DNA of 33,309 nucleotides, from IMG/VR virus record IMGVR_UViG_3300032219_002784, positions 1 through 33,309 of that record; one strand, written 5' to 3'. The notes under the pieces were generated by a model. The model did no database searches. It had not been told where the DNA came from and worked only from the letters and a program-made list of their open reading frames with translations. The DNA comes from a virus (Duplodnaviria; Caudoviricetes). Below, piece after piece: positions 16,301 to 24,865 of the stretch. Every line of letters begins with the position of its first letter. Position 1 is the first letter of the stretch. The translations under genes were made by a program, and so were the position numbers.

Positions 16301-17164
16301 ATAATTGTAGGTATCGTCATAGTTACTGCCTTTCATGCCCGCCTCTTGATACAAGGCGTTGGCATTTTTGTATTGTTCTTCTGCAGCCTGTAGCTTTGGG
16401 GCCAAATCAATTAATGGCTGAACTCCCGAGTTATATTGAGAAACCAAGTTTTCCTGTTTCTGCAAATTATTGGTATAGTCTCTCTCGGAAGCTCTAAATG
16501 CATCATTTGCAGAGCTTAGTTGTGTGGTTGAATCTTTGATCTTGTCGCCAATAAGTCTGGCCGCACTTGATGCAAACGAATTGACAACGGATGTGCCGAT
16601 TTTTTCCGGATCGCCGCCAGAGACAATTGCTGTACTAACCGCGGCGTTTATCGCACGACCGATAGCCGCCTCAGTGCTGTTCATCGGATTCCCAACCACG
16701 GGAATCTTGCTCGTAAATGCGCCGACAGCCTCGCCAACACCGGCGCTCATTGCCGCCGTTAAGCCGCCCTGAATAAGCGCTTGAACCGGGTCTTTGCCGC
16801 TCAAAAGAGCAGATGTGCCAGATGTCACAGCGCCCGCAACAGCAGAGCCAGCGACCTTGCCCATCGCACTGGCAATCGCAGGATCAATGCCGCTTGCGGC
16901 GCTCGAAACAGAGCTTGCAATCGATCCTGCTATCGCAGAGCCAGCAAATGATGTAACACCGCCCACGACGGCAGATTTCAAAACATCGCTGGCGTCGCCG
17001 CCCTGAACTGCCGTGGCTGTAGCAGAAAAAGCAGCGGCGCCGATGGCGGTGGCCGCGGCGGTGGAGACGGTTCCAATACCAATCGCAGACGCGATGGCCG
17101 TCCCAGCGGCGGCAAGCGTGCCGGAAGCGCCTAGCGCAAGACCGATAAATGGTACTGCTGGCAT
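13301..17164 (-). CDS. large putative internal virion protein (1287 aa)
   Basis: Hydrophobic Gly/Ala N-terminus, coiled coil, Pro-rich linker, C-terminal GPGDGQSDDIPAMLADGEFV domain. Confidence 0.75.
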   Translation of the reverse strand: MPAVPFIGLALGASGTLAAAGTAIASAIGIGTVSTAAATAIGAAAFSATATAVQGGDASDVLKSAVVGGVTSFAGSAIAGSIASSVSSAASGIDPAIASAMGKVAGSAVAGAVTSGTSALLSGKDPVQALIQGGLTAAMSAGVGEAVGAFTSKIPVVGNPMNSTEAAIGRAINAAVSTAIVSGGDPEKIGTSVVNSFASSAARLIGDKIKDSTTQLSSANDAFRASERDYTNNLQKQENLVSQYNSGVQPLIDLAPKLQAAEEQYKNANALYQEAGMKGSNYDDTYNYISRQGWRYAGGGGMHTRYFKPDGSVVSIYDFGQSVNNAANQSISDLNNLTNEYNNKHTELFGTEEKPGSLRLAQEQLDQLKTQTPTLEQNYIAAKDSLTNSIAAFNDIEIRNASLVTEQLNNFVSARDQYKAEFGVDPTEAQLNDFAKDGDVVGSVSKYVADNRNENLARENGFKSYADFTAAGNVSPNEFYAKQQGWNDYAEQLKAENLGFENPQSYSTSSSLKQQLDASNLSDEEKQVVEDAMREVYQQSATAQALPKTTTDAGVAAPGRFGSPFAANDPRFYSAMAKNPALFKKFNEYTNSYGFTTGFMNEQYAATIAGILEKSPNNPDLLAEYKRITGKDYSLPGAGAGRGTVSPPIPLPTVPTAPVAPTAPPTRPQYVVQPSDYSDTTEEIQPWQNIPGGLQQETAPVTNEDQISQFLVDNGIKPTPEIVASIANDLGVNLFDPVPSVSQPVVEPPPDAVPEVVPEVVPEVAPEVVPEVVPEVVPEVVPDVAPEVIPEVVPEVVPEVAPEVVPEIVEVAPEVAPELIPEVILPPSVEAIDSPAAPSAPTIPEEPLIFAPTPEDAPVVVPAPAQVPMQEPSVLPVQIPEFVPAPTVAPGQAPTPVEAPVQAPALTPAPLPEPYPNITLAVPVIPSPEFVPAPSPAPDLPPALVPVPAPVSAPEPLPVAEPLPVPAPVPAPIPTEAPVGDFVPAPEYPPVFAPAPDAVVSVPDAVAPSPDAVAPAPAPENAPPPAPEYTPAPAPVFTATPTPSPISAPPPAPSPTPAPVRAPLSTPISASALAGLLGLPSNFAVADEFKPLLPQFLTSKGGSTGYEGLLADFQRQVEAQSNIPDNRPSQESTDMAPYYSYGNEAPLDEILGQENTTQFFAQGGFAAIANGSSAGTRYGKYAAGGMASPLMAAGGKMRVDFRRGDAVTGPGDGQSDDIPAMLADGEFVFPADVVAAIGNGSTKAGSDKLYEMMHSIRAHARSAKPKDLPPEIKSPLDFLKTSKKRRK
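14700..14910 (-). repeat. coding 12-nt tandem repeat (PEVV/PEVA)n
   Basis: CCGGAAC(C/G)AC(T/C)T-type units, about 15 tetrapeptides. Confidence 0.85.
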
Positions 17165-17581
17165 TTACATTTCTACCACAAAGACATTCATTTTTTTGCC
17201 TTCCACATCAGCCTTGTATTGCTTGACAGGCAGGTTCACCATCTTGGCGAGCTTCTTAAATTTTTCGTCCTCTGCGTAGGTGTAAGCGGTTTTGACGCCG
17301 ATGTTCTTCAGATACTTGTACAAGTCCATGAAGTTCTTGGCTAGGTCTCGCGGTCGGCGCTCTTCTCCGATGGTATGAACTTCAACGACACCCTCACCGC
17401 GCACCATGACCAAAAACAAAACATTGCCAAGATGAACTAGCTTTGCGCCTTGGTCTTGAAGAATTCGCGCCAAGCCCCCCAAGAGAGACTGCGCCTGCTC
17501 CTCTGATCCGGTAGCCTTGCGGAAATAGTCCGTTGCAATCTTTACAACGGCCTTCTCATCGACATCGTAATTTTTCTCCAT
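17165..17581 (-). CDS. hypothetical protein, possible GNAT-like fold
   Basis: Alternating alpha/beta pattern (VVEVHT, GVKTAYTY); position just before ejection proteins as in many podoviruses. Confidence 0.55.
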   Translation of the reverse strand: MEKNYDVDEKAVVKIATDYFRKATGSEEQAQSLLGGLARILQDQGAKLVHLGNVLFLVMVRGEGVVEVHTIGEERRPRDLAKNFMDLYKYLKNIGVKTAYTYAEDEKFKKLAKMVNLPVKQYKADVEGKKMNVFVVEM

Positions 17582-17582
17582 G

Positions 17583-17831
17583 TCAAATCGTCTCTTGATT
17601 TACCGCGTTGATCAAGACTTCCACCCATTCCTGCCAATTGTTAAAAAGCGCAGGGTTGGGAATCGCCTCATTTGTAAATACATCAATTGCAAGCAAACCC
17701 TGCCCCCAAGACCGCCAATCCGTCAGTTGATCAGGAATCGACAATTGTTGGGTCGCGTAAGCCTCGCACATAAGGCAAGCCCACGATTCAAAGGTATGAC
17801 CGCGAGGATCGTAGACAACAGCAAGGTTCAC
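17583..17831 (-). CDS. hypothetical Trp-rich virion-module protein (82 aa)
   Basis: GTGA coupling to upstream gene. Confidence 0.7.
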   Translation of the reverse strand: MNLAVVYDPRGHTFESWACLMCEAYATQQLSIPDQLTDWRSWGQGLLAIDVFTNEAIPNPALFNNWQEWVEVLINAVNQETI

Positions 17832-20038
17832 GAATAGCCCCTCACATCGCCAAGGTCTGCGCTCACAATAACGCGCCCCATCTGGTAATCGCCGCCCTGA
17901 GTGTTGCTTCTGAACTTCAAGCGCAACTCCCTGCGCTGTTCCCTCATGTCAATTTTTCCAGTGTTTGTATCGAAAAGATACGGCTGACTCTCGACATCTT
18001 GTGTCTGTGCATACGGACGGCCCGTTACATAACACTCCATCTCGCCCAACTGCAAAAAGTCAGGTTCAACCCTCTCAATTCGAACCCAATTGTTCTGGCC
18101 GACCATTGATGGCTCGCTTGGCCCACCGCTCACCCAGCCAAGATCAGATGTCTCAAAATACGACTCGACGGCATTTTGAGTTTGCCCCTTTACTTCGTCA
18201 GTGCCGTACTCGTGTTGCCACAGGCTAATGAGTCCAGCGGGAGTCGCAAAGGTCAGCGTCTGCGTTGCTGTGGAGCTTGCGTTTTGGGTCATGGTGATAA
18301 CCTGCGCCCAGATTGTGTTCACTGTAATCGTGAACCCAGAGCCGGTGCCACCAAGATTTGTATTACTGGCGCTTAAAACATTCCCGACTTGATAAGTCGC
18401 TCCCGGATCAACAATCGTCACAACGGTCACCGCACCGCCAGAAACCGTAATGTTTGCCAGCGCCGAAAAACCGCTGCCGCCGGTTAGTGGGACATTTGTG
18501 TAGCTTCCGTTTGTATATAGCGATCCGCCCACAAGTCCTGTCAGTTGATTGATGCCGCTAGAGGTAACCGTCAAAACTGAAGTTCCCGAAGGAATGCCCG
18601 TACCGCTGATTGTCTGGCCGACATCAACACTGGTGAGAAAGGTCGCCGAAAACAGGTATGGGGAACCGGACACCAAATTAAACGACCCGCTGTAAACAGT
18701 CTCGGCAACCGACTCTTCCCATCCGGCCATCAAAGGAAAGCGGAAAACCTGCGAGAAGTATCCAGCAGACCTACGAGCGCCATCGGCTGTTCCAGCGTCA
18801 TACCAAGTGTTTTCGCGGGTGTTGTAGATGATGACATCGTTGCACTCGGTCGAATCCCCGCGTGGATAGAACCACCAAATTTCTCCGAATCGCGGAACCT
18901 TGGTCGCCCACACTTTTTGACGCTGGCTGTAATTCAGGTTGTCAAAAAAGAAGTTCTGGTTCATGTTGTTGGGAACTTCTTTGACGACACCGTTGTACAT
19001 CAAGAAGCGGTCAACACCGCACCAGTAATAGATGCCGTCATACTCAATCACCGACTGGCTCGAGAGAATAGATGATTGGCTCGAGATCAGGTCATAGCGC
19101 CAAAACTGCGGGGGGCTTCCCGCGCCACCGATGTAGGAGACGCGAATCAAGCTGTCCAAGCTCCAAAACAAACCCGACGGAGCGTTAGAGCCGCCACGAA
19201 CGGGCAGTCCCTTGACAATCTTTCCGCTTGCGACATTGGTCTCGTTCGCATCCGCAGAAACCCAATCTTCGGCATTGCCCGCCGAGCAATTACGGATCAA
19301 GCCATCGTTGCCATAAACAAAGACATACGGGTGCAAGACGACAACGCCGCCAGAGACGCTGACATTGTTGTTGAATGTGACCGTCACCGTCCCGCTTGCA
19401 GTGGCAGGGTTGGAGATCACCACATTGGTTGTGCTGACGGAGACAACCGTTGTGTTAGCAGGGATGCCCGTTCCCGTCACTATCTGCCCTGCTCCGATCA
19501 GAGGATTGGCGGCGGCAAGGACAATCGTTGCGCTGGTGTTGGTCGTTGTTGCGCTGGCTGTGAACACGCCAATCTGGCTCATCGTTGTGCCGTTGACATC
19601 GCCAATCAAAACCGGGGTGTTTGTCGTGGCGTCAATTTGAGCCAAGTTTTGGCCCGGATGCGCTACCAAACTTGCGAGACCACCCCCGGCCACATCGTAG
19701 AAGCCGTCAAACTGCCAAAGATTAAGAGCGCTTGCAGTGAAATTGGAAAGCGTGAAGTTCGAAACGCCAGAGCCAACGCCATTGTTGTCAATGATCAACC
19801 TCTCAAGGCCGTCTGCATATCCGCTAAAAATGCTGTTGAATCCGTTTTGCGGATTGACCCAGATGCCACGAGACGGGCCGTTGAGTTGACCAGAAATTTC
19901 CCGGTAGCCGCCTATCTTCCGAGGTCTTCCCCTCTGGAAACGAACCCAGCGACCATCGTTATAGAACATCTTGTCAAAGACTGTTCCATCCCGCTGAATG
20001 CCGGGTTTTGTATCGAGGGCAAAAACCTTAGCGGTCAT
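17828..20038 (-). CDS. tail nozzle / packaged-DNA stabilisation protein (P22 gp10 / tubular B-like)
   Basis: beta-rich 736 aa; WVRFQRGRPRKIGG, FGEIWWFYP, IYNTRENTWY; follows the adaptor gene. Confidence 0.7.
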   Translation of the reverse strand: MTAKVFALDTKPGIQRDGTVFDKMFYNDGRWVRFQRGRPRKIGGYREISGQLNGPSRGIWVNPQNGFNSIFSGYADGLERLIIDNNGVGSGVSNFTLSNFTASALNLWQFDGFYDVAGGGLASLVAHPGQNLAQIDATTNTPVLIGDVNGTTMSQIGVFTASATTTNTSATIVLAAANPLIGAGQIVTGTGIPANTTVVSVSTTNVVISNPATASGTVTVTFNNNVSVSGGVVVLHPYVFVYGNDGLIRNCSAGNAEDWVSADANETNVASGKIVKGLPVRGGSNAPSGLFWSLDSLIRVSYIGGAGSPPQFWRYDLISSQSSILSSQSVIEYDGIYYWCGVDRFLMYNGVVKEVPNNMNQNFFFDNLNYSQRQKVWATKVPRFGEIWWFYPRGDSTECNDVIIYNTRENTWYDAGTADGARRSAGYFSQVFRFPLMAGWEESVAETVYSGSFNLVSGSPYLFSATFLTSVDVGQTISGTGIPSGTSVLTVTSSGINQLTGLVGGSLYTNGSYTNVPLTGGSGFSALANITVSGGAVTVVTIVDPGATYQVGNVLSASNTNLGGTGSGFTITVNTIWAQVITMTQNASSTATQTLTFATPAGLISLWQHEYGTDEVKGQTQNAVESYFETSDLGWVSGGPSEPSMVGQNNWVRIERVEPDFLQLGEMECYVTGRPYAQTQDVESQPYLFDTNTGKIDMREQRRELRLKFRSNTQGGDYQMGRVIVSADLGDVRGYS

Positions 20039-21282
20039 GGGAAGACGCCCCCTAATACACCGCTAGTAAATGTTCCTGTTCCGGCAACAGAAAGCCCGGT
20101 GGCAGTCAGCGCAAATCGATTAACCCCAAGAACAGCAATATCGAACTGCCCCGCGCCGCCTCTATAAATGCCTGTTGTCGGCTCCGATGCGAAATTGAGT
20201 GACGGAGCGCCTACGCTTCCGTTGACCAAGCTGATGGCCGACGAGCCAGCAAGAATTGTGTTGGCGTTGTAGAGATTAACGGAGTCGCAAACCAGCGTGA
20301 CTTGCTGACCGGCAGGAATCGTTGCAGAGGACGCTCCAGCCACCGCTGTTCTGAGAGTGACAGTGTAGTTGCTGGCAGTGCCATCAGTGGCATTTTGAAC
20401 ATAGTAGACTTGAATCGTTTCTGGAACGACTATGGTGACATTGCCAGATAGAGTTCCAGTGAACTTCATCACCACATTGGACGCCTCGTTAGAGGTCAAT
20501 GTATATGTTCCGGTCGTAACTGGATAGGTCAACTGCGTGAAGTTAAACAGCGCAGTCCTACCGAGACCGACAGAGTAGTAGGCCGTTCCCGAGCAAACAA
20601 TGATGCAAGAATCGCCTACTTGCAGGCCAACAGTTGTTGAGCCATCAAAAAGTTCTCCGCCTGTCGTCGAAACAGTAAGGGTTCCAGTTCCTGAGTTTCT
20701 CAAGAGCATGAACCAGTTGTTGCCCAGCGACGAAGCGGCTGGGAGTGTCAAGGTTCCTGATCCGCCAATCCACACATAAGACTGGGCGCGATACGCCGCG
20801 CTTGCGGTTTGATTCGACGCAAAAGTCTGAACAGGGTGGCTGACATTGAGCGTGTTGCTGACAGCCAAAAGCCCGTAGCCCGCCAGCGTTGCGGCATCTG
20901 CGTTGGATGTGCCAACACCAAAAGCAATGACCCCCCAGACGCCAGCGGTAGTGGGATTGCTCCTTATGTAAATGTACTTTGCCTCGCTCGCGGCAATAGT
21001 GACAATTGCGCCTTGATCGTTAAATGTGCGGACATTGAACGAGTTTGCACCGATGTTGCGAATCAGGGCATCCTGCCCCACTGATGCCTGATTGGCTGGT
21101 GGCATCCACAACTCTAGGCCAGCGGCTGTAGCGGTGACATCCATGATCCTAGCCGTGTAGTCGCCGTCCACATTCCCGTTGATGGGCCACGCCAACTGCG
21201 TATCAGCAGACAGAGTGATCGAACGATACGAAACATCTGTTGGCTGAATGACATTGCCGTCAAATGGGCTGTTGTAGCTCAT
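20035..21282 (-). CDS. tail/fibre-associated structural protein (415 aa)
   Basis: Thr/Gly/Ser-rich beta sequence; GSVGAPSLNFASEPTTGIYR motif; ends GGVFP. Confidence 0.7.
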   Translation of the reverse strand: MSYNSPFDGNVIQPTDVSYRSITLSADTQLAWPINGNVDGDYTARIMDVTATAAGLELWMPPANQASVGQDALIRNIGANSFNVRTFNDQGAIVTIAASEAKYIYIRSNPTTAGVWGVIAFGVGTSNADAATLAGYGLLAVSNTLNVSHPVQTFASNQTASAAYRAQSYVWIGGSGTLTLPAASSLGNNWFMLLRNSGTGTLTVSTTGGELFDGSTTVGLQVGDSCIIVCSGTAYYSVGLGRTALFNFTQLTYPVTTGTYTLTSNEASNVVMKFTGTLSGNVTIVVPETIQVYYVQNATDGTASNYTVTLRTAVAGASSATIPAGQQVTLVCDSVNLYNANTILAGSSAISLVNGSVGAPSLNFASEPTTGIYRGGAGQFDIAVLGVNRFALTATGLSVAGTGTFTSGVLGGVFP

Positions 21283-21291
21283 GTTTTTTCC

Positions 21292-21927
21292 TTAACTGTC
21301 TACCGCAATTGTTTGTCGGTCGGCAACACGCAACTTGTCTTCGGCGGTCAAAATATCCATCGCCTGTTGATACATTGCCTGCCATAGCTGAACCCGGTTG
21401 TCGTTTTTGAGAAATGGCATAGCCTGCAAAAGCGATCCGTACAGCAACGCCTGCGGAGCGTACTGCGTGAACCAGTTAGTCTGGTTGCTCGAGTCCAGAG
21501 GTTGCGGGCGCTCGTAGTACAGCACTTCATAAGAGTAGGCTTGATCGGGCGTCGGCGCAACCAACCAGTGCGTGTAGTCGTAGTCGCAATAAAAGGCAGG
21601 GGTATCGGTGTCAGTCGCGTCCGGCCAATAAGAGCGGACATACTCGTATTTTCGGAGCAGAACAGGCTCGCGTTTTCCATCAACAACAACATTCATGGAC
21701 ACCGTCTTGCGCCACCGCGCCGGTTTATCAATGATGGGTTGGGTGGCGACCATCGTGCTTTGAGCTACGGTTAGATTCCCGAGAAATTTAATCTGACTGG
21801 CAATGATCTGCTCTGCCAGCATGATGAAAGTGGGAATTTTCTCCAGCGTTGCGGTGTCAGTTCTCTCGAGGTACGAGGAGATGTCTGCGACCAGACTGGT
21901 ATATGTCATTACGGCTGCTGTTGCCAT
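21292..21927 (-). CDS. head-tail adaptor (tubular A / gp4-like)
   Basis: TYTSLVADISSYLER..IPTFIMLAE, APTPD, LLYGSLLQAMPFLKND; TGATG coupling at 21927. Confidence 0.75.
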   Translation of the reverse strand: MATAAVMTYTSLVADISSYLERTDTATLEKIPTFIMLAEQIIASQIKFLGNLTVAQSTMVATQPIIDKPARWRKTVSMNVVVDGKREPVLLRKYEYVRSYWPDATDTDTPAFYCDYDYTHWLVAPTPDQAYSYEVLYYERPQPLDSSNQTNWFTQYAPQALLYGSLLQAMPFLKNDNRVQLWQAMYQQAMDILTAEDKLRVADRQTIAVDS

Positions 21928-22319
21928 CACCACACCTTTTTCTTTATGGACTCAGGCTGCGGAACAAATTGCTTGCCTTCGCGCGTCCCCTGCCTTTTGG
22001 CTCGGGTGGTTGCCGCATATTCAGAAGGTGTGAGCTTCTCTCTGGCGGCTTTTGGCAAGTATCTCTCGCCCGTCGCCTCTTTACCTTGGGTGGACGGCTT
22101 TCCAGATCGGGTTCCCCAATCCTCTTTCGTCCACTTCGCAAGCGAATTATCGGAGTTCTTTGGGCCTTTGTAACCCCCCCCTGACGCTTTGTATTTCTGG
22201 GTTGCAAGCTGGGCTTTTCTGGCGCTCCACTGCCCCGGATTGCCGCCTTTTCCGCTTGCCTTCACCTGAGAAACAATCCGTTTCCATTTGGCTGGATTAC
22301 TTTTAACAGCGGCGCTCAT
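21927..22319 (-). CDS. highly basic hypothetical protein (130 aa)
   Basis: GQWSARKAQL, SLAKWTKEDW, GERYLPK; coupled on both sides. Confidence 0.8.
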   Translation of the reverse strand: MSAAVKSNPAKWKRIVSQVKASGKGGNPGQWSARKAQLATQKYKASGGGYKGPKNSDNSLAKWTKEDWGTRSGKPSTQGKEATGERYLPKAAREKLTPSEYAATTRAKRQGTREGKQFVPQPESIKKKVW

Positions 22320-22831
22320 TTGTCCTCCGACAAAAATAAAGTTCTTTCGTCTTTACGGCGACGATCCAGACCGGGCAAAACCCTTCCGCCAGCCTTGTTC
22401 CACTGCAAAAAAGCGTCACCAGCCGCCCCCCATTCACCCCGATTGGCCTTCATGCGGATGGTGCTTCTCTGGAGATTTCCAACTCCTACATTGAAGGCAA
22501 AACTGACCAAAGCGTCAAAGCGGCCTTGACTGCCAGAACAGCCGGGAACAAGTCGTAAAACACCGCGTTCAAAAGACTTGACATCGCCCGCGAATAGCTC
22601 ATCAATTTCCTGCTTTGACCAGACACGATTGTCCTCCTGTCGCAACGGATACTCTTTGCGGATCACGGGCGCATCCTTGCCCTCAACCCGCGCCATTGGC
22701 AACTTAATTTGATCTTGGTACAGGACATGGCCGTACCCAATTGTCCAAATATGCGCTGGGCACAGATACGGGCGGTTTCTGCACCCCTCGTACCTGTGCA
22801 TCAAATCAGCGCCCGCCTTGCTCAGTTTCAC
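22316..22831 (-). CDS. endolysin, GH24 phage lysozyme
   Basis: E-8aa-C-5aa-T triad (YEGCRNRPYLCPAHIWTIGYG), FDALVSFAFNVG, LPGLDRRR; GTG start overlapping upstream stop. Confidence 0.92.
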   Translation of the reverse strand: MKLSKAGADLMHRYEGCRNRPYLCPAHIWTIGYGHVLYQDQIKLPMARVEGKDAPVIRKEYPLRQEDNRVWSKQEIDELFAGDVKSFERGVLRLVPGCSGSQGRFDALVSFAFNVGVGNLQRSTIRMKANRGEWGAAGDAFLQWNKAGGRVLPGLDRRRKDERTLFLSEDK

Positions 22832-23331
22832 TTTTTGCTCCACTGACGCGAGCCAAACCAAAACCCGATGATCCCTCCAAGCATAGCCATTTCATCGCTC
22901 GAAAAAATGAGGTCAGAATATTTGATGATGTCGTCGATGCTCTTGATCAGTTCCGCATGGTTCCATAGGTAGACCGCCATGAAGGCGTTGATCAAGACAA
23001 GCTCAAGGACAAAAATGTAGGTAACCGTGGGCCTAACAGTCCCGACATAGTTGGCGACCCATTGGCTGGCCTTCTCAAGCACCTTCTCGTCGTGTTTGAG
23101 CGCCGCTTCGGTCATCTGGGCCTCGGTCTGCATCATGACCTGATCGGTGCGGATTTCTTCGATCTTTTGTTGGGCAGCAAAGCCCTGAGCGGCAAGGGCA
23201 AGCTCGCGCTCGCTCTGTATCCGGGCAAGAGCCAATTCGTGCTTCTGGTCAGCCTTGTTCTGGAAGAACTCCAGTAGTTTGGGCAGGCCGCTAATCAGCA
23301 ATCCGCCGAGTGTTGAGATGAGAGATAGCAT
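22828..23331 (-). CDS. putative holin (3TM-holin-like)
   Basis: VRPTVTY + TM helix, C-terminal IIGFWFGSR; directly upstream of endolysin. Confidence 0.65.
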   Translation of the reverse strand: MLSLISTLGGLLISGLPKLLEFFQNKADQKHELALARIQSERELALAAQGFAAQQKIEEIRTDQVMMQTEAQMTEAALKHDEKVLEKASQWVANYVGTVRPTVTYIFVLELVLINAFMAVYLWNHAELIKSIDDIIKYSDLIFSSDEMAMLGGIIGFWFGSRQWSKK

Positions 23332-23948
23332 TATTGTTTACTCCTAGAAAGCATCGTTGCTGCGATTTGCAAAAGAACCCGGTACGCATCTACATCCGGC
23401 GGCTCTTCTTTCCACCCCACGGTGATCTGCCCTACAAATTTGCCCTGTTCTGGCGGGACGCTAACCCTACAGCCGTAGGTCACGCCCTTCTCGATATACC
23501 ACAGCCCGATCTCAGACTGCGCCGTCTTGTACTGGCTGCACGGAATCTCTCCCGCCATGAGCGCCACGACATCTTTGTTGTTGGAGGTATTGACGGTAAA
23601 GAGACCGATGTCCAGCCCGTCGTGGGCCTTCTCCCTGCCTTCTTTGGTGTAAGCCCGATACAGCACTCGGGTGCCAAACACGGGATTGACCTTGAAGATA
23701 GCGACCACCGCAGCGTCGGTGTTTTTGAACAGATGCGCTGCTACATCCTCTACCCTGTCTTCGGCAATCGTGGGCAGCTTCTTCTGCTCTTTGTAGGCAC
23801 CAATCAGAAACTCTTGGTTCTGCCAGACAAAGTAACCCGTGAACGCGAAGACAGCCATCAAGATGATGGCAAACAATTTGAAAGGGCTGTCCACATACCC
23901 AAGGACTTTGTCGATCAGGTTGTTGTGGTTGATCTTTTCGTCGCTCAT
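23331..23948 (-). CDS. single-TM protein with GAF-like periplasmic domain (T4 holin T-like)
   Basis: One N-terminal TM then about 165-aa domain with two Cys, ending VGQITVGW...AATMLSRSKQ. Confidence 0.55.
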   Translation of the reverse strand: MSDEKINHNNLIDKVLGYVDSPFKLFAIILMAVFAFTGYFVWQNQEFLIGAYKEQKKLPTIAEDRVEDVAAHLFKNTDAAVVAIFKVNPVFGTRVLYRAYTKEGREKAHDGLDIGLFTVNTSNNKDVVALMAGEIPCSQYKTAQSEIGLWYIEKGVTYGCRVSVPPEQGKFVGQITVGWKEEPPDVDAYRVLLQIAATMLSRSKQ

Positions 23949-24118
23949 ATGCCTAGCTTTTGAAAGATCATGGCAAAGATGCGGTTAGCAATTTCTGGCG
24001 GCAGGGTAATGATGAAGTCAAAAGAATAGTTGATGGCGATGAGATAGCAGATGACCTTAATCCACTTCTCCATCGCGTCGATGAGGACGAGGTGAATATC
24101 AACGGGCTTGCGAGGCAT
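23945..24118 (-). CDS. small hydrophobic protein (57 aa, not in ORF track)
   Basis: Manual translation MPRKPVDIHLVLIDAMEKWIKVICYLIAINYSFDFIITLPPEIANRIFAMIFQKLGI; ATGA coupling. Confidence 0.65.
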   Translation of the reverse strand: MPRKPVDIHLVLIDAMEKWIKVICYLIAINYSFDFIITLPPEIANRIFAMIFQKLGI

Positions 24119-24119
24119 C

Positions 24120-24590
24120 TCATGAGATTATTTGCACCACCAGCCAACCAACCCCGCCAATTAGCACCGCAGCGACAGCCACCGCAACACCAATGTCGCG
24201 GAACTCTTGCATTTCACGCTGGCGTTGAATTTCTGCGAGTTTCTCTTTCTCAGCCTCGGCCTTGTCCTCAGCATTCATCTCGGCTTCCCTTTTTTTAATT
24301 TGGTGCCAGATGTCCATGTTGTTGCTAGAGAAGAAAAGCCCCTGCACCTCGCGCTCAAAGTCCGCCTGAGCCTTGAGCGCCATCTCGATTTGCATAGCGG
24401 CGCCAAGATTGCTACCGCCTTTTTTCTTTGCTTGCCGTGCCGCTTTGGTAGCGGTCGCTTTGCAATCAAAATAATTACCCAGCAATGGCCCCAACTGCGC
24501 TACATCGGTCGCAGTTTGACTTGCCATTTTGACCATCTTGACCGCCTTGTTGACGGCCTCGAGGGCTGCAATCGGGTCAATAATAATCAT
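24120..24590 (-). CDS. coiled-coil protein with C-terminal TM helix
   Basis: IDPIAAL start, helical body, GVAVAVAAVLIGGVGWLVV. Confidence 0.75.
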   Translation of the reverse strand: MIIIDPIAALEAVNKAVKMVKMASQTATDVAQLGPLLGNYFDCKATATKAARQAKKKGGSNLGAAMQIEMALKAQADFEREVQGLFFSSNNMDIWHQIKKREAEMNAEDKAEAEKEKLAEIQRQREMQEFRDIGVAVAVAAVLIGGVGWLVVQIIS

Positions 24591-24629
24591 GATGAAGTTA
24601 CTTGTTTCTTTTTATTACATCTGTCCAGT

Positions 24630-24851
24630 TCATTTGTCAGCTTTGTTGTCGAGCTTGGCAAATATTTGCTTGCAGATATCCTTAATCTCGTCAATGTCGC
24701 GGTGGTAGTCATCTTTTGCGACATAAGTCATAGGCATTTGGCGGACATCTTTATCGAGCCGCTCAATTGCCTTGGTAATGTTGTTTAAGACCCAGCCGCC
24801 AAAAAAGGCGGCGATCCCAACTATTACATTGAAGATCGCCTGAGTTTCCAT
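24630..24851 (-). CDS. small membrane protein (73 aa)
   Basis: N-terminal TM, C-terminal coiled coil ending KLDNKADK. Confidence 0.8.
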   Translation of the reverse strand: METQAIFNVIVGIAAFFGGWVLNNITKAIERLDKDVRQMPMTYVAKDDYHRDIDEIKDICKQIFAKLDNKADK

Positions 24852-24865
24852 TTTTACTTGATTTC

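Noticed and set aside
9883-20167. Long plus-strand ORFs opposite structural genes (9883-10617, 13866-14423, 14481-14939, 19076-20167)
   Set aside because: Antisense shadows of GC-rich or repetitive coding sequence with no motifs or translation signals
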